Below, piece after piece: positions 37,236 through 48,590 of a DNA stretch of 64,000 nt. Location: positions 15,103,362-15,167,361 of the forward strand of contig NC_057750.1 of the NCBI RefSeq assembly GCF_004010195.1. Direction: 5' to 3'. How positions within the stretch are numbered: position 1 is the stretch's first letter; each line of letters opens with the position of its first letter. The position numbers and the translations under genes were made by a program. The DNA is from Chiloscyllium plagiosum (lineage: Eukaryota). The notes below the pieces were generated by a model. The model was not told the origin of the DNA and did no database searches. It saw only the letters and a list, made by a program, of their open reading frames with translations.

Positions 37236-38689
37236 TTTAATGTTACACCCACTTTGTGTAACTAAATTCTGTTATTCCCTTTGTTTCGGCCTCCTGTTTT
37301 ATCAATGTTGCTGACCTTGGTATCTGTGGCTTTCTCACTGACCATTCTGACAGCAGACTCTCTGTTCCCCAGCACTGAATCGCCCTCAGTGTTGTCTCAA
37401 TAGCAGCTGCTGTTCCTCTGACAATTTGCTGTCAATGAGCTTTATGCTCAGAATGAGTGCCATAACTGTGAGTCACTGTTTTACTGATCTTTCATAGGAT
37501 GTCTACATTGCTGGCAAGGCCAGTATTCCTTGCCTGTACCTGATTGCCAGTGAACTGAGTGTCCAGCTAGGCCATTTCAGGGGGCAACTAAGAATCAGTC
37601 AGTCATATCCTGTGGGTCTGGACTTAAACTAGTGAACGAGATACATCTTCATGACAATCAATCAATCGTACCAATCACTACGATGGAAACATGCTCTCCT
37701 TACAGATTTTTAAAAATAAATTAGTCTCCACCGACTGCCAAAGTGGTATTTGAACCATTACCATTAGCATTAGCCTGGGCCTCTAGATCATTAGTTGAGT
37801 GGCACTGGTACTGTGTCCCCATACACTATGTAGTTGCGTGAAAATTACATCCCACGTGTCCCGAAGGCTCACAATCAGGAACAAAAATTGATGCCTCTCG
37901 TGAAAGGAAACAAGGTGGGATGATTGCATTCAGTCAGAATGAAGGGGCCCATGTGGGCTGGGAATAGCATGTGGACAGAAATAAAATGCTGTGGGTGGTG
38001 GAAATTAGAAAATAAAAATGGAAAGTGCTGTTAAAACTTAGTAGGGTCTGCTGAGAGAGGCAAGAGTTAACATAGAGTTGTTCACGCACACAAGAATTCA
38101 ATTACCCTCTCCAGATATTTTGGGGTCGGGCTTGAGTATGGGGGGGGGGGGGGGGTGAAAATAAATCACTGGCTATTTTTGCACAATTACAGAGTGATAT
38201 TAACTGAAAACATATTTACCGGACTAGTAGAACACAATAATGTGCCTGGAATTAAATGACTCATTTCTCTTCCTCCAATTTACATCGGACCTTCACAGTT
38301 GAATCAAATAGAAGCAATAACAGGGGACAAACACTTGGTTGCAAAATGAACAGAACATTTGAAACATGTGTGCCCTTAATTTCAGCTTTTCTTAGCTAAT
38401 ATATAATCGCTCACACAGCTCCCACACAAATCTCAGTCTCTTTCTCCACTGACCCCAGCCCAGGTCTGGATGAACACTTTAATTTGCCCATTTCTAGCAT
38501 CAGATTCCTAGCCAGACAACGGTAGAACACTAGGTGTCTGAACTGTATTACACATACAGTTCACAGGGAGTGAGGAAGAATCTAGAATGAATGGGGAGAG
38601 TCATTAGAGAGACTGGAGAGGGGAAGGGAGCATATAGTGAGACAGAGATCAGAGCAGTTTAAGCCACGCAACACAGTGAAGTATGATGG

Positions 38690-39512
38690 CTAGTGAAGAA
38701 AGCATATCTAAGATTGCAAACACATCTTGATCAATTAGTTCAACACGGAGTGGCAGATGGAGTAAATTTGGATAAATGTAAGGTGTTGTATTTTGGCAAA
38801 ACAAATAGGGACAAGACTTATACAATTAAAAGTAGGCCTTTGGGTAGTGTTGTAGAACAGACAGACCTAGAGGTTCAGGTACATAATTCTTTGGCATTTG
38901 TGTCACATGTAGACAGTGTGGTTAAGAAGGCATTTAGCACGCTTGCCTTCATTGCTCAGACTTCTGAGCATAAGAGTTGGGATATCATGTTGAAGTTGTA
39001 CAGGACATTGGTGAGGCCTTTTCCAGAGCACGGTCTCCTTTTCTGGTCTCCCACTTAGAAGAAGCATAGTATTAAGCTAAGGGGTTCATAAGAGGTTTAC
39101 CAGGATATTGCTGGGAAGAAAGGGTTTGAGTTAGAGAGGCTGGGACATTGCCTTCTCTCCTCTTCCCCCCCCCCAAAATAGGAGATTGAGGGGTGACCTT
39201 CAAGGTTTATAAAATCAAGAGGATGTTTTCCCTGCAGTTTCAATACTAGGGGCCATATTTTTCAGGTGAGGACAAAAATTTAAAGGAAGACAGGAGGAGC
39301 TATTCTTTTTACAGAGTGGTTTGTGTGTAGAATGAACTGCCAGAGGAAGTGGTGGACAAGCGTACAATTACAACATTTAAAAGACATTCAGATAAATACA
39401 TAAATAAGAAGTGTTTGGAGGGATATGGGCCAAGTGCAGAAAGGACTATTTTAATTTGGGAACATGGTCAGTGTGGACTGGTTAAACCAATGGGTCTGTT
39501 TCCATTCTATGA
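38690..39512 (+). mobile_element. Decayed CR1/HER1 LINE
   Basis: DKCKVLYFGKTN...VKKAFSTLAFIAQ...LYRTLVRP. Confidence 0.85.
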
Positions 39513-40013
39513 CAGTCTCAGCAAGTTATTCCGATGGTTACTTCATTTCCCCACCTAAAAAAAAATACAAGTGAGTTAATAACTCACAGGTCTTGTAACC
39601 AGTTAACAGAATATTGTTGCTGTTTCACGTCTGATGACCCTTCAGGAGAAGGGACACCACACCCAAAACATTAACTGATTTGTCTTCACAGATGCTGTCA
39701 GGCCTGCTGAGCTTTTCCAGCAACTTTGTTTGATTTATGTCATTCAATAGTTCGGATTTTTAAATAGAATATTGTGTTCGTTAACATAGTTGGATTGTGA
39801 ATGTTTACAGGTACCCTGCACTACGCCACACTAAACTCATTGCAAGATGTAAGAGTTTGAAGGGTTTACTGGACTCAGTCAAGTACAATTATCACTACGG
39901 ACAGTTGCAAACTAGAGACATCAGAATTCTGAATTCCCTTTTATTTCAAGTGAGACTAGTTATCATAAAAGGCATCAGATAGCATCAAACAGATACAAGG
40001 TCAGAACTTGATG

Positions 40014-40019
40014 TTTATT
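40014..40019 (-). terminator. Probable polyadenylation signal of the ZFP36-family gene
   Basis: AATAAA on minus strand about 670 nt after the stop, following the AU-rich tract. Confidence 0.65.
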
Positions 40020-40029
40020 TGTTTTAAAA

Positions 40030-40115
40030 AGATAAATTATAATAAAATATATTGCTATATCATTAAATATACAAACATTCCAATAATCTGGGTAATAAAT
40101 AATTAAATAAATCTA
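40030..40115 (-). promoter_or_regulatory. AU-rich elements in 3'UTR
   Basis: Minus strand AUUUAUUUAAUUAUUUAUUA at 40112-40093 includes the UUAUUUAUU nonamer; further AUUUA pentamers nearby. Confidence 0.75.
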
Positions 40116-40690
40116 TATATTGTGCAGTAAACAGCTTTAGAAATTGTAAAAATACTTGTTACAGGTAGATTTAAAAATAGTTCTTTTTTGTAAAGAGGGT
40201 GTTTGAAAACAAACATGTTCCCTGACAGATCAGTCACTGCAAGACAATTCGAAATCTGTGCATTTTTCTATAGAGAATTGGTTCACAGTTTTGCTCCACC
40301 TGCAGAATTACACATTCTTCCGCAGCCAGAAAGTCAAGTCAGGGTTTCCCACTCTCCAGGCGAGTGTCCTGGCAGTCCCACAGGGTTGAAGACTTCACAT
40401 CAAACCAGAGATTGGGGTTTTTGTTTTGAACAGAAGGGGGGGGGAAAAGANNNNNNNNNNNNNNNNNNNNNNNNNNNNNNNNNNNNNNNNNNNNNNNNNN
40501 NNNNNNNNNNNNNNNNNNNNNNNNNNNNNGGGGGGGAGGAGGAGAGAGAGGTAGAGAAAGAGAGGGGTGAGAAGGGGAAGGTGAGGGGGTTGTGGGGCAG
40601 AGAGTGGGTGTGGGTAGGTGAGAGGGGTATTGCCTTCTCCCTCAGGGTGAGCCCCGGCCTGTGCCTGGGTCAGGTCTCTCTCCCCGCTCC

Positions 40691-41590
40691 TCAATCCTCA
40701 GACACCGAGATCCTGCTGAAGATCGGGAGGCGCCGGGCCTGGTGCTCGAAGACCGGGGACTCGGAGCCGCTGCTGCCGCCGCTGCTGCTGCTGAACTCCT
40801 CGTTGTCGCTCAGGGAGTCGGGGTAGGGGCTGCGGAAGGAGCCGGAGCCGGAGGTGAGGGTGAGGGCGATCTCCGGGGGACAGTGCTGGGAGGAGGAGGA
40901 GGAGGAGGAGGCCCAGGCCTTGGGGCAGGCCCCGGCCCGGCTGCTGCAGCAGCAGCTGCTCAGCCCCATGACCCGGGCGAACTCGTGGCTGACAGCCGCC
41001 CGGAGGGAGTCCCAGTCCGGCAGCTCAGGCCCCGGGGAGGTGGAGGTGGAGGTGAAGCCGGAGAAGCTGGTGCTCTGCTGGAGGCGCGGCCGGCTAGGCC
41101 TCTCCTCGGCCGGGTGGTGGATGAAGTGACAGCGGGAGCCGTACGGGCAGAAGCCGCTCGAGTGGAAGGTCCGGCACAGCTCGGTCTTGTACTTGGGGTG
41201 GCGGCTGACGATCCGCAGCTCCCCGAGGCCGTGGGCGAACTGACACTTGTCCCCGTACCGGCACAGGCCGCTCTCCTGGAAAGGCCGGCACAGCTCGGTC
41301 TTGTAGCGGGGGCTCGGCTGCTGTACTCCAGGCCCAGGCCCGGCTAGGCCCCGCGGGGCCTCCTCCTGCTCCTGCTCCTCCTCCAGCGAGTCGCCGTGGC
41401 TCAGGCAGCGGCTCAGGCCCGGCGGCACCCGGTGGCGGCGGTGCCGAGGATCCTCGGCCCAGCACGGAGCCCCCGTCGGCAGCACCGGGCCCGTGGAGTG
41501 ACGGCGGAAGCCGGCCGGGGGTCTCACCGCCTTGCGGTCCGGGACAGGCGGCTGCAAGGAGCTCGGGGTGTCCGTGTGCAAGAAGCTCAA
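40691..41590 (-). CDS. ZFP36: ZFP36/tristetraprolin-family mRNA decay activator, exon 2 (299 aa plus stop)
   Basis: Acceptor tctctctcccacag, phase 0; tandem CCCH fingers RYKTEL-C8C5C3H and KYKTEL-C8C5C3[10 protein letters not shown] motif; C-terminal [14 protein letters not shown]. Family is certain; paralog assignment (ZFP36 vs L1/L2) is likely, not proven. Confidence 0.93.
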   Translation of the reverse strand: MSFLHTDTPSSLQPPVPDRKAVRPPAGFRRHSTGPVLPTGAPCWAEDPRHRRHRVPPGLSRCLSHGDSLEEEQEQEEAPRGLAGPGPGVQQPSPRYKTELCRPFQESGLCRYGDKCQFAHGLGELRIVSRHPKYKTELCRTFHSSGFCPYGSRCHFIHHPAEERPSRPRLQQSTSFSGFTSTSTSPGPELPDWDSLRAAVSHEFARVMGLSSCCCSSRAGACPKAWASSSSSSSQHCPPEIALTLTSGSGSFRSPYPDSLSDNEEFSSSSGGSSGSESPVFEHQARRLPIFSRISVSED

Positions 41591-42001
41591 CTGTGGGAGA
41601 GAGAGAGAGAGGGTGAGGGATAGAGGGTCATGGAGCAGGACAATAACACCCCTCCCCACCCCCTCAGTAACAAATCTCACCCTCAACCACACCCCCCCCC
41701 CCCCCCCCAACACCAAAGGTAATCCAAAATNNNNNNNNNNNNNNNNNNNNNNNNNNNNNNNNNNNNNNNNNNNNNNNNNNNNNNNNNNNNNNNNNNNNNN
41801 NNNNNNNNNNNNNNNNNNNNNNNNNNNNNNNNNNNNNNNNNNNNNNNNNNNNNNNNNNNNNNNNNNNNNNNNNNNNNNNNNNNNNNNNNNNNNNNNNNNN
41901 NNNNNNNNNNNNNNNNNNNNNNNNNNNNNNNNNNNNNNNNNNNNNNNNNNNNNNNNNNNNNNNNNNNNNNNNNNNNNNNNNNNNNNNNNNNNTTTTCCCC
42001 C

Positions 42002-42011
42002 GGGACTCTCC
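42002..42011 (+). promoter_or_regulatory. NF-kB consensus site in the intron
   Basis: GGGACTCTCC fits GGGRNWYYCC. Confidence 0.45.
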
Positions 42012-42310
42012 CTCCCTCCGCCTCTCCTCAACCCGCAAAGTTGGGAAGTGTGGATCCCATTTGGGGAGTCGGAGGAGTGTGCCTCCTTGTCCCCTGTCCG
42101 TCTCTGGGCGCAATGAGACCCTCCCTCAATGAAACCAGGAGCGCTCTCTCTCTACCTCTACCTCTATCTCTCCCCGTCACACTGTCCTCGATTGACAGCA
42201 CCCGCCCCCCAAATATTATTACATTTAAAAATAAAAGTCATTATGGTTCCCCGTGGGATCTTGCTGTGCATCAAACAGGATCCGAGAGCCCTCCTTTTCG
42301 CCGGACTTAC

Positions 42311-42349
42311 CCCGGACACCAAGTCGCACAAATCTTTCAAGCCACTCAT
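42311..42349 (-). CDS. ZFP36: ZFP36-family exon 1 coding part (MSGLKDLCDLVSG)
   Basis: accATG context about 75 nt downstream of the TATA box; GTAAGT donor at 42310-42305; phase 0 matches exon 2. Confidence 0.85.
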
Positions 42350-42404
42350 GGTTAATCCCGCAGTCAGTGCTGCTAAACTCCGAGAGCTCCGCTGTACTGG
42401 AGCT

Positions 42405-42550
42405 GCCCTGGTCCGCCCTCTCTCTTATATCCCTTGCCCGGGCTGACGCACGGAGCCGGGAACTGACCGCGATGAGTCAGCCTGGGGCGGAGCCGGGCTG
42501 GGGCTGGGGCTGGGGCTGGAACTGGAACTGAACTCTCTGTCCTGGGAAGG
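42405..42550 (-). promoter_or_regulatory. Proximal promoter of ZFP36-family gene
   Basis: TATAA 42429-42425, GC boxes about 42411-42419 and 42484-42492, CRE-like TGACGCA 42444-42450, AP-1 TGAGTCA 42473-42479, CpG-rich context. Confidence 0.8.
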
Positions 42551-42729
42551 GATCGGGGTTTGAGAAACCTCCGGGAGGCGGCAGAGAGGCAGACTTTTGT
42601 GTGATTCTTAAAGAGGTGATCTGGTGGAAGTCTTTCAAGTTATTAACAGGAAACGATAGGGTATATGCAGTAAACTATTTCCACTAAAATATTTCCATTC
42701 TAGCACTGGGGGGTTGAATAATTTGAGGT

Positions 42730-43250
42730 GGGCAAAGTTAAAAATCACACACCAACAGGTTTATTTGGAAGCATTAGCTTTCAGAGCGCTGCTCCTTCAT
42801 CAAGGTGGCTGTGAAACAGGAACATAAGACACAGAATTTATAGCAAAAGGTTAGTATCATCCAAGTCAAATAATTTGTTTAACAAATCTGGATTGTTAAA
42901 CCTTTCATCTTTTAGAATGGGTTACAGGTTTCAGTTCATCAATGTGTAAATCCCAGAGCTTCTTTTCAGTCACATTCTCAAGATAACGTCAGGTTTTATT
43001 TTTAAAAAAAGGTGACATCTCAGCTCAGGCAATGCATTAAAGGTGTGAGGTCAGAGTCTGTCTGTATCCCAATCTTGAGTCTGACTGGTTCTATTTCCAA
43101 AGTGGAATTTGCAAAATATTATACGGATTGACTGTCTGCATTGATTCCTGATGAAGGGCTTTTGCCCGAAATGTCGATTTTCCTGCTCCTCGGATGCTGC
43201 CTGACCTGCTGTGCTTTTCCAGCACCACTCTAATCTCGACTGCCTGCAGG
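42730..43250. mobile_element. Family B PLE derivative (minus) with nested family A piece (plus, about 43141-43237)
   Basis: Family B terminus at 42730-42805 (core mutated to UUGAUGA); family A core CTGATGAAGGGCTTTTGCCCGAAATGTC at 43148-43175; near-TSD gactg(t/c)ctgca. Confidence 0.7.
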
Positions 43251-44377
43251 TTGCACATTGGGGCTAGGGAGCACTGTCTGAGGATTAGGATCAGACCATT
43301 CAGGAGAGATGTTAAGAAGCACCAAGGAACAATGCTGGATCAATTGTTAATTTTAAAGCTTTGATAGATAAGCAAAGAGACACGGACCAAAGACAGGTCT
43401 ATGGAGTTCGGGCAAGAGATCAGCCATGATATCATTGAATGGTGGCAGAACAGGATCAAGACGACTGTATGGCCTACTCCTGTTTCTGTGTTACAAGACA
43501 ACATGTCAGTCATAATTAACCCCATAAACTAAACCCAGAGGTAATGTGTACCCAACTAAAAATGTGGTATCAGTTGCTGCCCTTGACCTTTACTCTCTTC
43601 CTGTGATAATTTGAGCTGTCCAACAGTCTTTTTCTATGACTTCCTATCTCTGTGTCTATCTGTAAATAAGGTTTTATTGCCTCTTGATAGCCATGTGCAG
43701 TAACTTCATGAGTTATTTCAACAAAAATTTGTAAACAAGTTATGTCAACATTTGACTCACTTCCCCTAATTTTTGAAAATGATGTGATCATGCAGTCAGT
43801 CCTATATGTAATATTATCAGTATTTTGTCTCTGTTTCTATATCTCCAAGTTTCGAGTGTGTGTCTTTGTTGTAAATCTGTGTGTGAGAGACTCCCATGAC
43901 TCTAAATTTATTGTATGAGCCTGTTCATCTCTGTGCATGTGTGTCTGTCTCTCTCTCTCTGTTTTATGTTTCTGTCAGTGTCGATCTATTATACACCTAT
44001 ACAGTTTTCTCTCTCATAGAATACCTCTCGTGTGGAAGCAGACCATTCAGCTCATTAAGTCTATCCCAACCCTCTGAAGAGCATCCCACTCAGATCCAGC
44101 CTCTTACCCTTTTCCTGTGGCGCTGCACTTTCCATAGTAAATCCACCCAACTTGTACGTCTTAGGACTATGAGAGTGAAACCAAGGCACTTTCCTGGAAA
44201 GGGGTCTGGTCTCAAGTGAGTTTGTGGACTGTCCCAGAGAAGAGCAAAATGACGTAGGAAGGCAGTCTTCAGCAAGAAGTGGAAAGTGGACAAGCCACCT
44301 CAGCCTCCTCTGAAGGTCACCAGCATGACAGATGCCAGTCTTTAGCCAATTTGATTCACTCCATGTGATATCAAGAA

Positions 44378-45222
44378 ATAGAGTCATAGAGATGTACAGC
44401 ATGGAAACAGACCCTTCAGTCCAATCCGTCCATGCCAACCAGATATCCCAACCCAATCTAGTCCTACCTGCCAGCTCCCGGCCCATATCCCTCCAAACCC
44501 TTCCTATTCATATAGCCATCCAAATGCCTCTTAAATGTTGCAATTGTACCAGCCTCCACCACTTCCTCTGGCAGCTTATTCCATACCCGTACCACCCTCT
44601 GTGTGAAAACGTTGCCCCTTAGATCTCTTTTATATCTTTCCCCTCTCACCCTAAACCTATGCTCTCTCATTCTGGATTCCCCAACCCCAGGGAAAAGACT
44701 TTGTCTATTTACCCTATCCATGCCCCTCATAATTTTGTAAACCTCTATAAGGTCACCCCTCAGCCTCTGACACTCCATGGAAAACAGCCCCAGCCAGTTT
44801 AGCCTCTCCCTATAGCTCAAATCCTCCAACCCTGGCAACATCCTTGTAAATTCTTTCTGAACCCTTTCAAGTTTCACAACATCTTTCCGAAAGGAAGGAG
44901 ACCAGAATTGCACACAATATTCCAACAGTGGCCTAACCAATGTCCTGTACAATGCTGCAAAATGACCGCCCAACTCCTGTACTCAATACTCTGACCAATA
45001 AAGGAAAGCACACCAAACGCCTTCTTCACTATCCTATCTACCTACGACTCCACTTTCAAGGAGCTATGAACCTGCACTCCAAGGTCTCTTTGTTCAGCAA
45101 CACTCCCTAGGACCTTACCATTAAGTGTATAAGTCCTGCTAAGATTTGTTTTCCCAAAATGCAGCACCTCGCATTTATGTGAATTAAACTCCATCTGCCA
45201 CTTCTCAGCCCATTGGCCCATC
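44378..45222 (-). mobile_element. CR1/HER1 LINE 3' fragment
   Basis: ORFs 44464-44973 and 45042-45242 are CR1 ORF2 C-terminal sequence. Confidence 0.92.
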
Positions 45223-45366
45223 TGGAAAATGGTTGGAGGCATTGAATGCTACGAAGGCTGTGGGCTCAGACAACATTCTGGCAATAGTACTGAAGACTTG
45301 TGCTCCAGACCTTGCTGCTTCTCTAGGTTCTAGCATAATTACAATAGTATCTCCTGACAATGTGCT

Positions 45367-45655
45367 GCACGGTGACTCAGTGGTTAGCACTGCTGCCTCA
45401 CAGGGCCAGGGACCCGGGTTCAATTCCAGCCTTGGACGACTGTCTGTTTGGAGTTTCACATTCTCCCCGTGTCTGCGTGGGTTTCCTCCCACAATCCAAA
45501 GATGTGCAGGTCAGGTGAATTGGCCATGCTCAATTGCCCATCGTGTTAGGTGCATGAGTCAGGGGTAAATGTCAGGAAATGGGTCTGGGTGGGTTACTCT
45601 TCGGAGGGTTGGTGTGGACTTGTTTCCACATTGTAGGGAATCTAATCTAATCTAA
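45367..45655 (+). mobile_element. HE1 SINE
   Basis: Head, core and (atcta)n tail. Confidence 0.88.
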
Positions 45656-48364
45656 TGTGGCAAATTGCCCAGGTATGTCCCGTACATGAAAAGCAGGACA
45701 AATCCAACCTGGCCAATTACCACCCCATTAGTCTACTCTCGATCATCAGTAAAGTGGTGGACAGTGCTATTCAGCAACACCTGCTCAGCGATAACCTGCT
45801 CAGTGATGCCCAGATTGGGTTCAGCTCCTGACCTTATTACAGCCTTGGTCCAAACATGGACGTTGGTGGGGTGAGCACAGGTTGGAAGAGCCAAATAGCC
45901 CCCTGGTTTTTTTTTTAAGTCCTTAAGCTGTTCGTGAGAACTTACTGTGGGCAGGTTGACTGCTGTATTTCCCATATTGCAAAAGTGACCTCTGATTGCC
46001 TGTAAACCCTGAGGTCATGAGGAGACGGATAGAAAGTCACTTCTTTTTTCCCCAAGCAGGTTTTTTTTTAAAAAAATATTCACTCACTAGATGAGGGTAT
46101 CAGTGGCTGGGCCAGCATTTATTGCCCACCCCTAATTTCCCAGAGAGCAGTTAATAGTCAGGCACATTGTTGCAGGTCTGGAGTTACATTAAAGCGGAAA
46201 AGGATGGCAGTTTCCTCCCCTAAAGAACATTTGTGAACCAGATAGGCTTTTCCCTGAAACCTGGCAATGGATTCATGGTCATCATTAGACTCCTAATTCC
46301 AACAGCTGCTGTGCAGGATTAAAACCTGGGTCCCCAGGTCATTTTAACTTGGTCTCTGGATTAATAGTCCAGTGACAATACCACTAGGCCATCACCTCCC
46401 CCATATTAGATATTTTGGGACTGCTGACAGGTGCTGCTACCTGAGAATGATGGGGGGAAACATCCTCCCTGACTTGCCTCTGTGGAAAATGCTGCAACAG
46501 GTTCAACACTGCTCTTTATAACCCAATCTAGCCATCACCCAGTGGCCACGGTTGCAATGTTGGACTTCATGCTGTTTCCTTTTACTATGGCTCGAAAGAC
46601 TTGTGTCAGAGTCACTGCTAATTCCTCAGCTCTGTGTGAATCATCTGTCATTATTCCAAAAATCCCTGGCTGATGAGTATAGGTGGGGCTGAAGTTTCAC
46701 TTCTACAGGGGGAACAAAGATTCCGTTATTGTGTTTAGCTGACAGTCTTCTGATGCCCAGAGGAAAATGTTCTCGGTGAAGTTCAGCGACAGCAAATGAT
46801 TGGAGATGTTTCTGGGTCGAGAATTGGGATGGCGGGGGTGGGGGAGAGAGTGGTGTGCAGCGGGCCAGCAGTGAGGAAGTGAGCGGCTGCACATAAACTG
46901 GGAGAACACCGCTGAAAACTGCAGGGAGAGAGAGAGAGAAGATGAATTACCAGAGTCTGAGAGCAGGAGAATTCTTTCAAACCCTGCAAAATGGTCTCGA
47001 ATGCACTTCCCAAATTGAGAAATCAGTGACTGATTCAGTAATAATTTTCAAAAGGCAGGCACAGGGCAATAAACAAAACCCTGCAGGATTATGGGGAAAG
47101 AGCAGGCAAGTCAGACTGGTCGTATAGTTTTAGAACATAGAACAATACAACACAGAACAGGCCCTTCAGCCCTCAATGTTGCACCGACCTGTGAACTATT
47201 CTCAGCTCGTTCCCCCTACACTATCCCATCATCATCCATGTGCTTATCCAAGGATTGCTTAAATCTCCCTAATGTGGCTCAGTTAACTATACTGGCAGGT
47301 AGGGCATTCCACACCCTTACCACTCTCTGAGTAAAGAACCTGCCCCTGACATCTGTCTTAAATCTATCACCCCTCAATTTGTAGTTATGCTCCCTCGTAC
47401 AAGCTCTGATGGGCTGAGTGGCCTTCTTCTGCACTTGCCCTTTTACAGAGAGAAGGTTAGGGAAAGAGATTCAAGCGGGGCTGGAAACATAGAAGTAAAA
47501 GAATGGTTTATTTATGTATTGGCTGATAGACATGAGGGCTTTAATGGCAACCAAGCATTGGAGCAGGAATAGACTGTTTGGCCCCTTGATGCTGCTCTGT
47601 TATCTGATGGATGAGGCTACATATCACACCCCCGCCAAATAATATTTCACCCTCAGGCCAGCATTTATTGCCCATCCCTAATATCCCTTGAGGAAATAGT
47701 CTAATCAAACAGGGGGGGAAAAAAAACAAAAGAATTGTGGATGCTGGAAATCAGAAACGAAAACAACGAAATTGCTGGAAAATTCTCAGCAGACCTGGCA
47801 GCATCTGTGGACAGGAATCAGAGTTAACGTTTCAGGTTTAAATGACCCTTCTTTCGGAACGGAAGAAATCACCGATTCTCAGTCAACTGATTCTCAATCA
47901 AGTGCAGGCTCGACAGAATAAATTGGAAACGGATTTTATGTTGGAATCCAGTGACTGTAGCTAACCTCAGTCACTGAGGACTCGGAGCACAATAGTTATT
48001 GGAGTACGTTGGCTCTTTGATTTAGTCCTGGAATTTAAAGTGTGTGTGTTCTTGACATTTGAGGAGTGATGGCTGAGTGCTTTCAGCTTGTCCACATTGT
48101 GAGTCACTCTATTGTTCGAATGTAATTTTCCCTTTCTGTTTTCAGTTTTGTGTTTGACCTAGTGGACAGGAACAGTGTGAGGTTGGAGACAGTGTTCACC
48201 TCTTTACCTACATTAGCACAGCATTGCCTTTTTGTTCAACTTAACAAGGAACCTGGAATCTTAATGGTGAGAAGTTTAATTTATCAACAGAAGTCCAAAG
48301 ATGTGCAGGATAGGTGGATCGGCCATGCTAATTTTCCCCATAGTGTCCAGGGATGCACAGGCTA

Positions 48365-48590
48365 GTTGGGTTAACCAAGCTCTCTCTACACTATACCCAT
48401 GAAACATTCCCAGAACAGGGACAGCACGGGGTTAGATACAGAGTAAAGCTCCTTCTATGCTGTCCCCATCAAACACTCCCAGGACAGGGACAGCATGGGG
48501 TTAGATACAGAGTAAAGCTCTCTCTACACTGTCCCTATCAAACACCCCCAATACAGGGACAGCACAGGGTTAGATGCAGAGTGAAGCATT
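48365..48590. repeat. 69-bp tandem repeat (about 3 copies; partial copy near 48860-48970)
   Basis: acagggacagc recurs at 48415, 48484 and 48553. Confidence 0.85.

Noticed and set aside
40661..41347. 228-aa plus-strand ORF antisense to ZFP36
   Set aside because: Shadow ORF of GC-rich coding sequence; low complexity, no independent signals
40691..42031. 446-aa ORF as the full ZFP36 protein
   Set aside because: It runs through the intron and an N gap; a canonical acceptor at 41591 and exon 1 at 42311-42349 explain the gene better
48146..48266. Plus-strand exon candidate ending ATG/gtgaga
   Set aside because: Splice-like signals present, but I could not link it to a consistent downstream frame
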